This document shows positions 1 through 13,887 of a stretch of 61,365 nt of DNA, piece after piece (the stretch's first letter is position 1; each line of letters starts with the position of its first letter). The DNA lies in assembly GCA_030141605.1 (NCBI GenBank), contig JAQGDQ010001120.1, forward strand, positions 1 through 61,365, read 5' to 3'. The stretch comes from Tubiluchus corallicola (lineage: Eukaryota; Animalia; Priapulida). The translations under genes and the position numbers were made by a program. The notes below the pieces were generated by a model that had not been told where the DNA came from, did no database searches, and saw nothing but the letters and a program-made list of their open reading frames with translations.

Positions 1-381
1 TGGGAGCAATAAGCGTTAATACTCTGTTGTCCGTTTTTCAAGTGAAACTTTAGTGCAAAAAGACCAAATATTTATAACAGGCCTCAAACAAGCCATTTGC
101 TACAAATGACTGAGTTTCCCAATGCCAATTCTAGTGCTGAAAACCAGCAGACTTAATTATTAATATGAAAATATTCTGTGTTATTGTCTACTGCACGCCT
201 CACTCACCCTCACAGTACATAATGCAACATTGTCAGCTGCCGCAAGAGCCACCTAGCGGTGGACAAATGCCACCTTTGTTACAAGTTAATTCGTTAGTGG
301 CCAGATTCAACCTGCGTGCTTTCTTGTTAAAGTTAGTATACGTCATGACGAAGCCCAGTATAATCCTCTATTTACTGTAGG

Positions 382-777
382 TAGGGGTGAGCATCGAACG
401 CTCGAATTCGATTCGAATGAGTTTTTTTAGTTAGAACTCGATTCGAATTCCAAACTATAGATATTCAGCACTTCAATCACACACGTTCTTTATCACTAAA
501 ACGATTAAAATATCATGCATTTAGCATAATTTAGCTGTGATTTCTGTGCACAATTTTAAACAAATTACTAGTCGTTTTATTGCAGAACAAAGTTCGAGTG
601 ATATGCATGATCTTTGTAAGACTAATTTTTGCTGGTGGTTCGAAAACTTGTTCGAAAATCTTTCAATCTCAATTCGAATTCGGTTCGAATTCGAAACACT
701 GAAGTTCGGTTCGAATTCGAAAGTCACAAATTCGGTTCAATTCGAATTCGCTTTCTGGTAGAGAATGCTCACCCCTA
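382..777. mobile_element. hAT-type MITE
   Basis: TIR TAGGGGTGAGCAT...ATGCTCACCCCTA; perfect 8-bp TSD ACTGTAGG (374-381, 778-785); TTCGAA-rich subterminal repeats. Confidence 0.9.
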
Positions 778-1069
778 ACTGTAGGATGAGATATCCATGA
801 CATCACTGACTCGTGCATACCAAAATAACCTGACACAGTACGACAGAAGACCCACACAGAAGCATGGTTACCTGTAGGTCACCCAAGCAATTAATAAGCA
901 GACCCAACATTGGGTAACTTCAGCTTGCTAACTGGTAAGTACCACTCCTTCCGAGACCTGGCCTTGAGTATTTCGCGTTGCCGATAAAAACAAAATAACA
1001 GAAGCAGTGAAATAAATAATTATCAAAAAAAATTGCACATTTAAATTTGATATTGCTGTAGATCAGTAC

Positions 1070-1162
1070 CTTGAAATCCAGCAAGTCGACAAATGTAAAG
1101 TAATACAGGGCTAGAGATTTGACGATGTCTGCTTTCATTTGATTCACAGCATTCAGTGTGCT
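1070..1162 (-). CDS. NCKAP1: NCKAP1 coding exon 3 (gene continues beyond the window start)
   Basis: ctacag|STLNAVNQMKADIVKSLALYYFTFVDLLDFK|gtac; 93 nt; the LALYYFTFVD motif is characteristic of NCKAP1. Confidence 0.93.
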
Positions 1163-1779
1163 CTGTAGAAAAATAAAAACACATGAGTAATTAGATTGAG
1201 CACTGACTAATGTACAACTTTGAAAAATATGCACAAGCAATTTGTTTTGGACATAAGCACGTGGTGCCTCCTTGTGTTTGTTTTTTGCAAATTTAGGCTG
1301 TTGATAGACAGGTGAGCTACGACAGGAAATAGGCCATTGGCCTCATTTTTGCAGACAGGATAGGAAAGAAGTCATTCTTGTTCAGTACGTCGTGTCGTTT
1401 TATAACAAAATTTTGTCAGTCGAGTTCTCTTTAGCAAGTTAGTAAGATGCGGCAAAGATGTAAGTTTGATTTCTTAATATTTCATAATATTATTATACAT
1501 TTTCATTATAGCAGTTAATTATCTTTTTGACATTTGTTTAGCAGAAAATGTTTTTATTTGCTTCAGATAAAACGAAGTCGAATTGCTCATAATATGTCAG
1601 TCAGTCAGTCAGTCAGTCAAATATGTCATGATGTGATAGTGATTTTGGGATGAGACGATGATTGCCCATTTTGGACAATAAAAAATCATAAATTACATCT
1701 AAAAGACTGTTGGACTTGTATTTAGTACATGTCGTGCACATAATTCAATACCTAAAGCTTATGAGGTAAATGAAAAGTA

Positions 1780-2199
1780 CAGTCAACCCTCGTTAAACCG
1801 CACTAATTGGGGGGGGGGTCCGGTGTAGCCGATTGTCCGATTTATCCGATATGCCTATATATGGCCTATATTATACAAGAATAATCACCTTAATAAGGCC
1901 TATATACATTGCACTATATACTATACTGTATATTACTTTAAAATAGTTAACCTGTGTGGATAAAGAAATTAGCGAGTGCTTTCAATGGGGTAAGCAAACT
2001 GAATTTTTGCGGGAATCGTAGCAGCCTGGGCGGCACCGCGAGCCGCTTCGGCCCGTCAATGGCTCGTCGTGAGTTGGTAGGCCGTGTTGTGTTTAGCGCT
2101 CCGGCTCTGTCGGAAATCGGTCAGTTTCCTTTACCACGGATGACGTCCGTCTTATCCGATATCCGGGCTAACGGGGTCCGGTTTAACGAGGGTCGACTG
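1780..2199. mobile_element. Tc1/mariner-pogo type MITE
   Basis: TA|CAGTCAACCCTCGTTAAACCG...CGGTTTAACGAGGGTCGACTG|TA. Confidence 0.88.
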
Positions 2200-3022
2200 T
2201 ACTTTTTTAACTTAGAAAGCAAGGTATAGAAAATGTCCACATAAACAAAATTATAAAATTACATGATTTTCAAGAGCTTTATGTGTTGGGAAGAACGTGT
2301 TGACGACCAAAACATTTTAGATCTTCAAATTCTTGAAACAAAGATAAGTTCTCGTGTATTGTAGGATTGTAATGATACATCTAGGTCACAACATAAAACA
2401 TATCACGATACTAGCCTCACGATACATATCATAATACACCTATTAAGGCCAGTGTGAACCTAACTTAATAAATTTTAATTTTGTAGCGAAGGTGGCTCCA
2501 TCTAGCTAGAAAGTTTAAAGTGTGGGCATTGACCTAGTTACGTTTTTCATTTATGCTGTTCTGTTGTATGAGCGAACATGTGTCTTGTACAAGCTAGCGA
2601 ACTTTTCATTAGATATGCCGCAACGATGTAAGTTTACTTCTATTAATTTTTATTTTTATTTATTCATTGATTCATTATTCATTAACAATCTAACTAAATC
2701 AGCCAATGTCAGTCACCTTTGCCTTTCTATTTTTGTTTTAAATGTTGCAGAAATAAAGATCAGTGGTTTATATGAAAATTCAACTGAGACTTTTGAAGTT
2801 GTTATAAATGCCTCTCAGAGACACTAACAACACCTGAGTTAATGTTCGAAAACTACATAAAACTGTTGATAATAAATGATAAGCATATTTTATCAATCAA
2901 CAGTTTAGGATTCCTAAATGCTAAAGTAATTTGACAAACTGTTTGATTTTACTTTATTACTTGTATAATGTGCAGGTTACTGTTTGCATTATAAGTCACC
3001 AGAAAAATAAAATTTATGATTA

Positions 3023-3450
3023 CCGTATATACTCGCATATAAGCCGAATTTAGAACTATAAAATACAATACTGAAATCAGGGGGTCGGCTTATATGCGCA
3101 TGAAACAAAATGAACACAAGGACAGACACTAATGCCAATTTTCCAGCCACACATTTTCATCGCTATCTGACTCTTTATTTGGTTGTGTGTCACCCAATGT
3201 ATAATTTCTTCTAGTATGTAACATAAAAGTAAGCATTTTACATCTTTATAGTAAAAAATTTCTATGAACCAAAAATACCCAATTAACAAAATGTGACAAA
3301 AAGGGATCAATTTTGTTGATTGGGTATGGAGTAAAATTAGACAAGTTGATGGTCGGCTTATACACGGGTTTTTGCAAAAACTGGCCATTTTAAAGCAGTT
3401 TTAGGGGGTCGGCTTATATGCGATGTAGGCTTATATGCGAGTATATACGG
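3023..3450. mobile_element. Tc1/mariner-pogo type MITE
   Basis: TA|CCGTATATACTCGCATATAAGCC...GGCTTATATGCGAGTATATACGG|TA; internal GGTCGGCTTATA repeats. Confidence 0.88.
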
Positions 3451-3689
3451 TACTTTAGATTTAAAAGTTGCTTGTGCAATTTCTCTTTTGCCATGTCATA
3501 TATGTTCACAACGTACTTAGCCTACTTTTTAATTAAACACCTTGGATTTTAAACCACTTTGGTTGCTAGCAGTGTCTGTGATAAGTCAAACTACTGATCT
3601 CAGAACTGATTGTTATACAATACAGTTGCAGCTTGAATGAGCCTTTTCACAGTTTTGTTGCGTGCACACGCAGTCGCTATAAGTCGGAG

Positions 3690-3910
3690 ATTAAGTGTAC
3701 CACAGCAACACGTCTTAGCTACGTCCATCACGTGACATGAGCTTAAAGCAAAGTCAGTTGTTTTCTTCAATTTTGCTTAATTATGCATTAGTCTGTGCGG
3801 AATCTTGCTTGGGACAAGAAAAAATGAACTAGGTAAGGTTCTATAGCTAGCATTTGTCTCTTTTCTTAATTACTATTACAATAGCATGGGCTGCGAGGTG
3901 TCATCAAGTA
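3690..3910. repeat. Dispersed repeat; second copy at about 18410-18640
   Basis: Shared aattatgcattagtctgt...caagaaaaaatgaactaggtaa...gggctg(c/t)gagg. Confidence 0.7.
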
Positions 3911-4344
3911 ATTTATAGGTGTCATCATAGCGCAATTTATTATCTTTCTTCCTACCACTTCCACTAACACATCTTTCTACCCTTCCTGTGTGGTCTAACC
4001 ATTCTCCCAGTTCTTTTTTTGTTCACTCATCCATTCTTTTTTTATCGGGCTCACATGACAATGGGCTTATACAAGCCTTTGCTTCTCTAGCCCACTGCAG
4101 TACAATTATTCTTTTATGATAATGATAGTGTATGAAACATAACAATTTAATACCGTAGATGTAATAATTTTGATGTCACTGTGTGCTTAATGTCATTATA
4201 TTGTACTGAATGTAATAATAATAAACTAAAAAAAATAAACCCCGTTGATGTTGCTAGTTTATTCTTCACCTTAGCATACTCAAAAACACCCGAATAGTTA
4301 CACTTCTACAGTTCTATAGATTTGGCACTGTGTAAAATACTTAC

Positions 4345-4455
4345 AATGTTACTTTTCACGTCTATGTTAGGAAATTTCCGAACAATGTGTTTTATAGCAC
4401 CTTCAAGAGTCTTATCAGAGAGAAATGCTGGTTTAGACTTAGGATCTCCACAGGC
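4345..4455 (-). CDS. NCKAP1: NCKAP1 coding exon 2
   Basis: ttcag|ACGDPKSKPAFLSDKTLEGAIKHIVRKFPNIDVKSNI|gtaagt; 111 nt, phase 0/0. Confidence 0.95.
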
Positions 4456-5519
4456 CTGAAATGAATAGTAAACAGCATAACAAAATTAATGTTGTCTTAA
4501 ATATAAGAGTGTATTAACCAATAGAGTCACTAGGCTATAGCTGATGGCGCTAAATTTGAAGTTCTTATTCTCCTGTGTATAATTTCATATTCATGTAAAA
4601 GGCGCATTTTATAACACACCACAAACAGTTACTGTACGCAGCTTTTATGTAAGTGCCACATAACAATCAGGTGCAAGATACTGCACAACAAGCTAACACT
4701 TGTAATTAATAATGATAGGTAGACACTAGGTTAAGTGTTTCTAGTACACCACAAGTACTTGTTTAACTGCTCATTACAAAAGCAACTGTATATTCATAAG
4801 AGAGATGGGCTTGTAAAGTCTCAATAAGCCCCTGCTTACACATTACAAGCGTAATAGCTTTTACATTTACTGGTAATACTCAGTAATTGTTTTCTGAGAT
4901 ATTATTCTAAAATAGTACTTAACAGTAGAACCATGAATGCATGGTAATAATAGTCACATTTATTAGTAGGGCTAATAGCACATTTGCATAATATGAAAAT
5001 ATAACAGAGCAAATATAATTAGAAAAAGCCATTAGAAGGTAAATTATACAATCAGTGTAAAAGTGGGATTTATTCTAGGAACACCAACTGCAGGTACAAC
5101 ACAGAATAAGTACAGGCAGATCAGTTAGGTTTAGGTTAGGGTTAGGAATTCCTTAATAACTAAACAATTTTTGCAATTCCTTACTAACTAAACCATTCAA
5201 AAATATCAGATTTAAAATGTACTTTACTACTGAAAAATGTAATAATGTACATTAGCCACCCATGATTTTCCTACTTAAATTGTGTAATTACAATTTCTTA
5301 TTTAAAATATAATTATCTTGATAAGATAATAACAATGGATATTTTAACAATGGATTATCAATGAGACGAATCTTTATTATCAATTCAATTCAAGTAGTAT
5401 TTATTAACTTAGCACAATTCAATTATCATATCAGCATAAGGTTGCCACAGATGTCCTGATTTTTCTAGAATTGTCAAGTGTGCCACTTTTTCTAATCTGT
5501 CCCAGATTTTAGTGATAGC

Positions 5520-5699
5520 TTTCCCGGAGCTTCAGAAACATAAAAACAATGTAATACATGAAGAAAACATGTGCTCAGGTTTCCCGGAGCTTCAGAAACA
5601 TAAAACAATGTAATACATGAAGAAAACATGTGCTCAGGTTTCCCGGAGCTTCAGAAACATAAAACAATGTAATACATGAAGAAAACATGTGCTCAGGTT
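5520..5699. repeat. 59-60-bp tandem repeat, 3 copies
   Basis: tttcccggagcttcagaaacataaaacaatgtaatacatgaagaaaacatgtgctcagg. Confidence 0.95.
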
Positions 5700-6014
5700 G
5701 TTTAGCATTGATGCCACGGTCAAGTAGCTTGACCTACAGTTTTCATGACTCATTGGTCAGTTACATTTTAAGCTGCTTCACAGTTGACCAGTGCAAACAA
5801 TATTAATTTATCATCATCGGTCGGCTTCTGTCTTATTTTCATGCACAGCATTTATTTTAATGCTGCTATGAACTTAAAAGAAATATAAAAAACAAAAATC
5901 ATGTATACCTGCCTAATTAAACCTTTTAAATCTAATTAACACCTGATTTAACATTTATGCTGTTGGATTCTGTGTTACAAGGAGGAAATCTTAGGTCTGC
6001 TCTGTCATGCTGGG

Positions 6015-6200
6015 CTGGTAGCTTAGGTGTTAGAGTGTGGGAGTACTATTTCCAGGTCTAGGGTTCAAATCCCAACTAGTCTACAATTTTTCAGTCTCAT
6101 TTCTCCAACTCATTACAAACAATAGATATAATTGGTAAAATAAACCACAAATAGTTTATAAAGATTCTGGCAATCGCAGTTATAGTTAATTACTAAGTAA
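6015..6200 (+). mobile_element. Possible tRNA-derived SINE; related copy at about 24795-24975
   Basis: A-box-like TAGCTTAGGTGTTAGAG and B-box GGTTCAAATCC, followed by a body (caatttttcag...ctcatta...aaaataaac...agtttat) shared with 24860-24945. Confidence 0.45.
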
Positions 6201-6624
6201 ACTTTGTTGAGTAAAATAATATCTGAAGATTTGTTGGACTCAAAATTATGATACTAAAGTAAAGATTGCTTCAATTAGCATGTAGATCATGACAAACATC
6301 ATTAATCCAGTAAAAAACTATTGTATACTACCACTAGTTATATCAATGCTAATGATCTTAGTTTACAGTATGGTTTCTGCTCGACAGTAGCAACAAAACC
6401 AAGTGAAAATGCACTCCTCCCACTAAGAAAGCTTACGAAAAGATTCAATCACCCAATTTCCCTCTTCCTCCCTAACTAACTTGTGCCTAATTTTTGAATA
6501 TGGCATCAAACAGCCCAATAAATTGGTACGAGAGTATGGTAAATAAAAATTGGTTAACCGTGTGTACTTACTTTTCAGAATGCATAGTGAAAAAATAAAC
6601 GTGCAGGCATTCAACGGTTATTAC

Positions 6625-6729
6625 CTTTTTAATATTGTAGATTCTAGTAAGCATCCCTATTCCCCTGTCGTTCAAAATTGTCAGTTTCTCAGCCAGTTTC
6701 TGCTGGCTAACATTTACAGACCTCGCCAT
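6625..6729 (-). CDS. NCKAP1: Nck-associated protein 1 (Nap1/Hem-2/Kette, WAVE complex), coding exon 1
   Basis: Manual translation [35 protein letters not shown] matches the known NCKAP1 N-terminus. Ends at AAG|GTAA, phase 0. An acceptor (ttctcag) 25 nt upstream of the ATG implies a non-coding upstream exon. Confidence 0.95.
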
Positions 6730-7004
6730 ATTCAGGAAGGTGAATTCTTACAGCCTGAGAAGAGTGAACATGTGATTATTTGGCGCCGAGTAATACGTAT
6801 GTGAAAAACCATTTACGCTTGCAACTTAAAGTCCATTTTCCTTAAAAATTACATGCCAAAACTACAAAAACTCCCAAATTTTGTAAAACTAAAAACTGTT
6901 TTGACCGGAAACAGCGAATTTCGATAATCTAGACGCACGAAAATGTGGTCCCGGTATTTTCCTCTTGTTTCAACGCCATAAATAATTTGTCAGTAAGTTT
7001 ACTA

Positions 7005-7260
7005 AGTTAGATTAGAATTAGATTAGTAATTTATTTTTCTCCATAAATTCACATTAGTTTAACCATAAAATATACAAAAATACAAATAAACATAGGAGAA
7101 AGGGTGGCGAAAAACCAAATGTTAGCAAGTCAACCACCCTTTTCAGAAAGACAAGTAAACAACATGGCGCTAATGACAGAAAGAAAAAACTATGAAAAAT
7201 ACATAAACATCCATAAATATAAAAAATATGACAATAAAAATACAAAAACCAATCATTCCT
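7005..7260 (-). mobile_element. 3' UTR fragment of the same LINE family as 10828-11595
   Basis: Shares ctccataaat...acataggagaaagggtggcgaaaaaccaaa...gtcaaccaccct with 10852-10960. Confidence 0.7.
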
Positions 7261-8231
7261 AACAAAAGTCTAGAGTAAATTAATCAAATAGATGTAAATG
7301 CCATGAAAACATGAGGACGTGATCAATAAACGTGCAAAAGGTGAACTAGCAAGTGGAAACATTTGCCCCTTCCAGTGAGGGATAATGTGTGATCATTTGT
7401 CTTAAAGGACTTACATATTCCCAGAAATTGGAAAAATTAGATCTATATCGGGTTTACTGATGTTGACACAAACCAGTTTTTTAAACTCAATTACATGAGC
7501 ACACTGTGCTATTTTTCAAGTATAGTGTTAATACCAAAAGGTATACAATAGTTTTCTCAAGCTGAAGAGACTATGGGGAACTCATTACCAGAATCATTAG
7601 TATATAAATATAGATTGCTATTTTATAGACAATAGATTTATAGATTTATTGTATACTATGCCAATGTGTACATGTGTACACGTACATGTACATACAGTAT
7701 GCCACAATATGTAACATAAAAAATTTATAAATCATCAGACGACATGAAGACATATCAAGTCAACACTATAAGAAAACTTTTGCAGTGTTAACTTAATGAA
7801 TAGCATGAATGAAAAAAGAAAATGGATGAAAGTTATTGAAGGGAATGGTATATACATAATTTTTAATATTTAGATGATATCAAAGTGGGTTTGGCATGTG
7901 CAAGCCGAGACCTACCGAATGTCAAGTTTAAAAAAGGCAAATTTCTCACACATGGTCAAAAACACAAGAAAACATATACAAAAACTTATGGTAACATGGC
8001 CAAATGAGTGGGCAACATACACTACAGGGTCCTTTACAAGCCTCTATTTTAAAAAATTATTTAGCAAATTTCGACTAGAGTTGGATTAGCAAACTATATG
8101 TCTGTACCACCATTTTGCACCTAAGATACTTCATGAAATATTTCACAATTTTTTTTTACAAAACTTTACGAATTTTTTTAGCAGTCAACTAACAATACAA
8201 ATTTTTTTCCTGTTGGTTTCAGGCTGCTTAC

Positions 8232-8803
8232 GCGATAAAAATTCCTGATTACTATTGTCGACGGTAAATTTTGTGTTGTGGTCGTGTGAGAGTATAGAAA
8301 ACATAGGTTACGAAACGCACAGTGCGTGATGACGTCATCGAATTATGCGTTTAAGTACACAATTTCAGACTTTTAGGTAGCTGTCAACTAAAAAATATAA
8401 CTTCAGAATAATCTATTTTCATCTACGAAATTCAGCCGAAAATAGGCTTGTATTTGTCAGTAGACGAAAGATCGAACATTTGTTTTAATAGAAATGTCCG
8501 TATTCCGACCTCAAATTTGTAATAGCTCTGTGACATTCGCAATTTGATGTACGCACGTCGAGTGTTATCTCCAAGAAGACATTTTGCAAAACAGCCTTCC
8601 GGTCGAGTCGGCTGCCTCGTTTGCGCTGATTATATTTCGTACAGAAATGTATTGTGTTTCATTTCGTAAACTTGGATAACAGTATTGTTTACAAAGTTTG
8701 TCGCACTGGAAAACCGGTTACGTTGAACTGCTGCTTGGTTTTCGGTCGTAACGAAAGTGTCTGAAATGTGAATCTATCTTCCTACAACTGCATACTTATA
8801 CAG
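8232..8803. promoter_or_regulatory. Putative bidirectional promoter and first non-coding exons of NCKAP1 (-) and CDK12/13 (+)
   Basis: Locally CpG-rich. Perfect palindrome GATGACGTCATC (CRE core) at 8328-8339. Outward-facing donors: minus-strand CGC|GTAAGC at 8232/8231 and plus-strand CAG|GTAATG at 8803/8804. Both genes have an acceptor just before their ATG. Confidence 0.5.
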
Positions 8804-10827
8804 GTAATGAATTTTCACAATTATAATAAACAAACATTTACTGGGTTAGTATTACTAAACATGTCCACTAGAAAATAACTTAGGAAAGATTCAAATGGAA
8901 TTTTTCTAAACCCCTTTTTCTGCTAAGTTATCGTTCGACGACCTTTTTCATAATTTTTTCAGTTCGAGTCTAGGCATTCTTTATTTATATATGTAGTCAC
9001 TACCAACATAGATAGAGACAGTAGTTAAAAGACTTTCAGTAGCATAAATAACTCGACCAAGAACCTGCTTTTGGCCTGTTTGAAATACCTAGATTTCTCC
9101 AAATATCTTCCTAACTCCTTTCTGAAATCATTTGTTGAATTTACATTGATTGCTTTCTTGAGAAGATTGTTCTATGTATTTTCCACCTGTTAAGTCAAAC
9201 TATTTCTTTAAAAATTGGCGCAGTGATTGTCTAAATGATGTGCTATTATGGAAAATGTAATTCTAATTAGTTACACAATATTTAGGTCAGTTGACTGAAG
9301 TAACTATGCAGGTCTTCATAGAGAGACTCCCGGAAATTGTGACATGGCTTTACAAAATTTGTTAACATCGCTACTTAGTTAGTATTTTCTTATACATATA
9401 AACGTGGTATGTGTATGAACTATTGTTTACAAGTTAGTATACAGCTGACTAGGCACATGTGAAGAAAGCTAGCTGATACTTTGAACAAGATTAACTTTGA
9501 ATAGTACTTTGATAAAATTAAGCTACAAAGTATGTTCAGTTGTTTTTTTGCTTGGCATTATCTAATTGCCATTATCTAATTGCTTTAACTGTTATCTGAC
9601 GAACTTTATGAAAAACTTGTTACTGTGCAGTAATGTGCTAAAATATAGCATTTGCAAACTTCCCAACTTCAACAGATCTTTGTCAGAACTTTAACAGATC
9701 TTTGTCAGTTATAGTTATTATACTCTGAATTGATTCAACACAGCATAGGCAGATTATGTAAAAAGAGTTTCCCAACTTACTAACATTTATTACAGTAATT
9801 TTATGCTATCTATTTTTTACAGCTTGCATTGAAGATCATTTGCATTGCTGCTGTTGTATGTTATGGCGTTAACAGAGCAAGTCACGGGTCTGCTTGCTTT
9901 TGCTCGTGTGAGCATGTAAATTATATAAATGCGGCGTAACTTGTTATAAAGCAAATGAAAATAACAGAGACTGTCTTGTTTTTAATCGACTCCATATGTT
10001 CTTATTACTTTTCCATACGACTTGGTTAACCATCTTGTAAATTAAGTTGAATAATTATAACTAAATAGATGTAAACATTTCATTTCCATTCCTTTTTGAT
10101 TTTACTTGTAGTCCTAACTTTTTTATAGTCAAGCTCAGCAGTTTTTTCTATTCACATTTAATTCATGTACTTAAATACATTTCAAGTACATCAGTTACTC
10201 CACCCTGTTTTTATTTCACACTCAGTCAATTTTACTATTATTATTATTATTATTATTATTACGTAAAAATTAATATAGCACCCTTAATATATAAAAATAC
10301 TCAGTTGCGCTTTACAACCAAAGATCCTACAAAGCCTAAAATAAATCATAAAACTATATGCATTGTAAAGAAAAGTCTTGAAAATTTAAGTTAAAAAATC
10401 AATATAAAATCTAGTTAGCAAAACATAGGCAAAATTAAATCCATTTCAATGCCCATACTCTAACTTGCATTACCTACCTTATTGATTGCACCATGGACAC
10501 AGTTATAATGTGTCAGTATCAGCACCTTATAAATGATCTCGGGGTATTTTGAAATGTGAATGCATATAAATTAAGTTTCACATTGTGATGCAATTGTCAA
10601 TGATTTCTTCAAATATTAGACAATTGCTTAAATTTAGTCTGTAATGGGCTTACTTTTAGATAAATGTTTTAGGTAGTAGAATTATGCGTAACATTATGCA
10701 AACCTAGACATCATGTGAAAATATCTTTGTAGTTGCTTGTAAACTCACCATGTCTTTTGTTAAGTCTTTCTAATTTCTAGCTGTAGAATTGATATAGGTC
10801 GTCCACTTGCTATGATTTCTAATTTAC

Positions 10828-11595
10828 AGTAATAGTAATAGTAATTTTATTTTCCTCCATAAATATACAATGATTTGACAATAAAATACACAAAAATATA
10901 AACGAACATAGGAGAAAGGGTGGCGAAAAACCAAAGGTTATCGAGTCAACCACCCTTCTCAAAGGACAGTAAACAAAAGGACGCTAATGACAGTAGACTA
11001 TATTAAAAAATACATAAACGTGCAGAAATACAAAAACAAAATACAACAGCAAAAAAAACAAAAATCAAAAACAAAAAACCATGACAAATTTGCGAACTAC
11101 TAAGCAACTCATAGAAAGTGAGTTTGCACCTTATAAAAAAATGTTTTTCGGCGAAAGTTACCACAAGAATATACATCTAATAGACAAAAAACTGATTTAT
11201 TTGTAAGTTGCAAGAAGTGCCTTAGCGTACTGTTTATTTAGCGAATGCAGCGGTAAAGAAGTTATATGAGCAGGTAGGGAGTTCCATAATACTGATCCCT
11301 GATATTTTAACGACCTTTGACCCTTACATGTATTAAATCGTTCGATGAAGAAAGAACTGCTAGTAGAAAACCTAGTGTTGTAACTGTGAATATCAGATCT
11401 AATTTAGAAACAATTCTGGTAGTAAGTTATTCTTAAATTTGTATACAAATTTTGCAAGCTCGAGTTTGTAGATATCATTCAGTTTTAAGAGGCCCAATTT
11501 AATGTAGGATGGCGTTGCGTGTTCCCGTCTACCAGAAAATGTCATCAGCTTAACTATAATGTTTTGATGAGTTTGTATTGGTTTTAGGTATTGTT
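10828..11595 (-). mobile_element. 5'-truncated, decayed CR1/L2-group LINE
   Basis: Minus strand encodes SDIHSYNTRFSTSSSFFIERFNTCKGQRSLKYQGSVLWNSLP, homologous to the C-terminus of the 51442-54501 ORF; (TTACTA)n tail at 10828-10845. Confidence 0.8.
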
Positions 11596-12320
11596 TGGAT
11601 TTTTATTTATTTAGTGGTTTATTTACTTTCCTGAGGTGATTTATTTATAAAATGAGTTTATGGAGAGGGAAATTGAAAACTCCTCTTTTCTGTTATGTAG
11701 CCCTCCAAAAACACTTTCAAAAATGCCTGTACATTTGATGCATACAATAACTTAGGAAGAGAACCCAGACCAGAGGATGGCGCAAGCGGTCATCAAATTA
11801 CGTCTATTGCTGTCATCGTAAATCATAAGAAAAAAACCATTGAGAGGTTTTAGTGTCTCTGAGAGGCATTTATGACAAATCTTCAAAAGTCTAAGTTCAA
11901 TTTCATGTAAACCACTGATCTTTATTTCTGCAATATTTAAAAACTATAATAGAATAGCGAAATCGACTGACATTGGCTGAATTTTATGAAAACGTACATC
12001 ACTCTCGCAAGAAGATTTCTCGTACTTCCTGTTTTACCGCACAATTCGCATTTCGCTGCATGTTTCACAGTTTCAAATATAAAAATTATCCAACAGTAAC
12101 GAAGTTATAAGTTTAATTAATATTTTATTAATTAAAAATTCCATTTTTATATTCGCAGTAAAATTTTTTCAAGTATTGAACACAGGTTATAAGGAAGTTT
12201 GCAGCAGAAGCTATGTGCTTGTAGTATGACCTCGTTACTTTTGGAACCTTACTTGTGAAAAGTGTAGCTGTGCTTCAATGACATTAAGCACTGAAATAAA
12301 TGTCATGAAAGATGCATATA

Positions 12321-12773
12321 CAGTCTAGCCTCGTTATCTCGCCACTGTCCGTCTAGGGCCAATTTTTGGCGAGAGGCGAGTATAGTTAGTCTATATGTGT
12401 ATACATAATAGTTGATTAACATAGTGTTCCTCTATGTACATATAAAATATATTTCGCATTATGATACCAATCAACATTAAATCAGAAATGAAAAAATGTC
12501 ATTAATTATGTCTGTCTATCGAGTACAGCAGCATTGTCTACATATCGCGGTTATATTGATCGACACGCGGTATATGTATTGATCGATTCACCTCTGAGTT
12601 TGTCTGTTTGGCGACATAACAAATATAGTTTACATAAGCACTCATCCTAGCCTGACGTGGCGAGGGCGAGAAGCGAGGGTGGCGACTTAACGAGGTAAAT
12701 ATCAAAGCAGGAAATCCGTCCTGGTACTTTCTATGGCGAGAGATGAGTTTGGCAGCATAACGAGGCTAGACTG
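12321..12773. mobile_element. Tc1/mariner-pogo type MITE
   Basis: TA|CAGTCTAGCCTCGTTAT...ATAACGAGGCTAGACTG|TA. Confidence 0.88.
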
Positions 12774-13887
12774 TATATCATGAACCATCACTAAAAGAAA
12801 ACTGCACCCTATCTTAAATTGTAGGTAAAAACAATTTATTCTGTGAAAGCTTTAAAGGAAGCAAACGTAATTTCTCGTTCGGCTACGTTTTCGCTGTTAC
12901 ATACATTTCGCCATTAGGTAGTTAGATCTGAGCTAGCGCCTGCATGTCGGAAAAGCATTGCAGAAAAATGGGTGCTGTGCCTCTCAGGTCAGAGGTTTTG
13001 AGTTGTGACATAGTGCACACGCTTGAGAGCTAATGAGTCATGAGTGAGTCAGCGGTAAACTTAAAATTTTCCCAGTTTTTGTGTATCACACTGTATGTTG
13101 TACAATAGCGCTGTATTTCAATTTTTGTTTACACAAACACATGCAACATGTTTGTGCTGTTGGAAATTATGTTCAGGTATGATGTCATTACTAGTTGGGC
13201 TAGCCCCATATTAATTAAGGCTTTAACCTGCTGTTTAATCATCGGAAACGTTTTGGCATTATTGTAGGTGTTAAAATGTATACATTTTACCGTACTTCAA
13301 ATTGGGATAAGATATGAAAAAATCATCCGGTTTTCCTTTAATTATACATCTACAGTTAGACGCCACAAAACTGTTTTCTCGTAGTTTCTTTAAGTTTTTT
13401 TCAGTTGAATAACGTACAGCGTAAATAAGCATGCGGGCGTACGTGAGCCTACTTGTGTTTCAAGCGTATCTCATATGGGTTTTACATGAAAACAGTTTAT
13501 GGTGAAACCGCGTCCCTACGCTAAGGCCTATTGTTTGCTTATTTGTTGTTTCTTGTGCGAAATTATGTAATACGTAATTACCAACGGTCATGGCTAAGCA
13601 ACTTCAGAACAGGCTTGACCTATTCAAACTCATTAGCTTCACGCTGCTAGGAAATCGGGATAATCGTCTGGATAGATTCGCGCTAGTAAAGTGCTGCTAA
13701 ACCGCCAAAACGCGTTAAATGGCAATGGATGCCCAACCAAATTAACAGTGGAAGAATACACAAGTGAAAATTTTTTAATATTAGGCAAGAACTCAAAATA
13801 CTTAATTGTAGTGCTGAAAACGAGCAGAGGAGTTGATTACTAACAAGAACATATTCTGCGTTATTGTCTACTGCGTACCTCTCTCTC

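Noticed and set aside
382-777. TTCGAA clusters as heat-shock elements
   Set aside because: Spacing does not fit nGAAnnTTCn; they are subterminal repeats of the hAT MITE.
5125-5147. ttaggtttaggttagggttagg, telomere-like
   Set aside because: Too short and degenerate to call an interstitial telomere.
6015-6075. tRNA gene
   Set aside because: A and B boxes are present but no cloverleaf acceptor stem; better explained as a SINE head.
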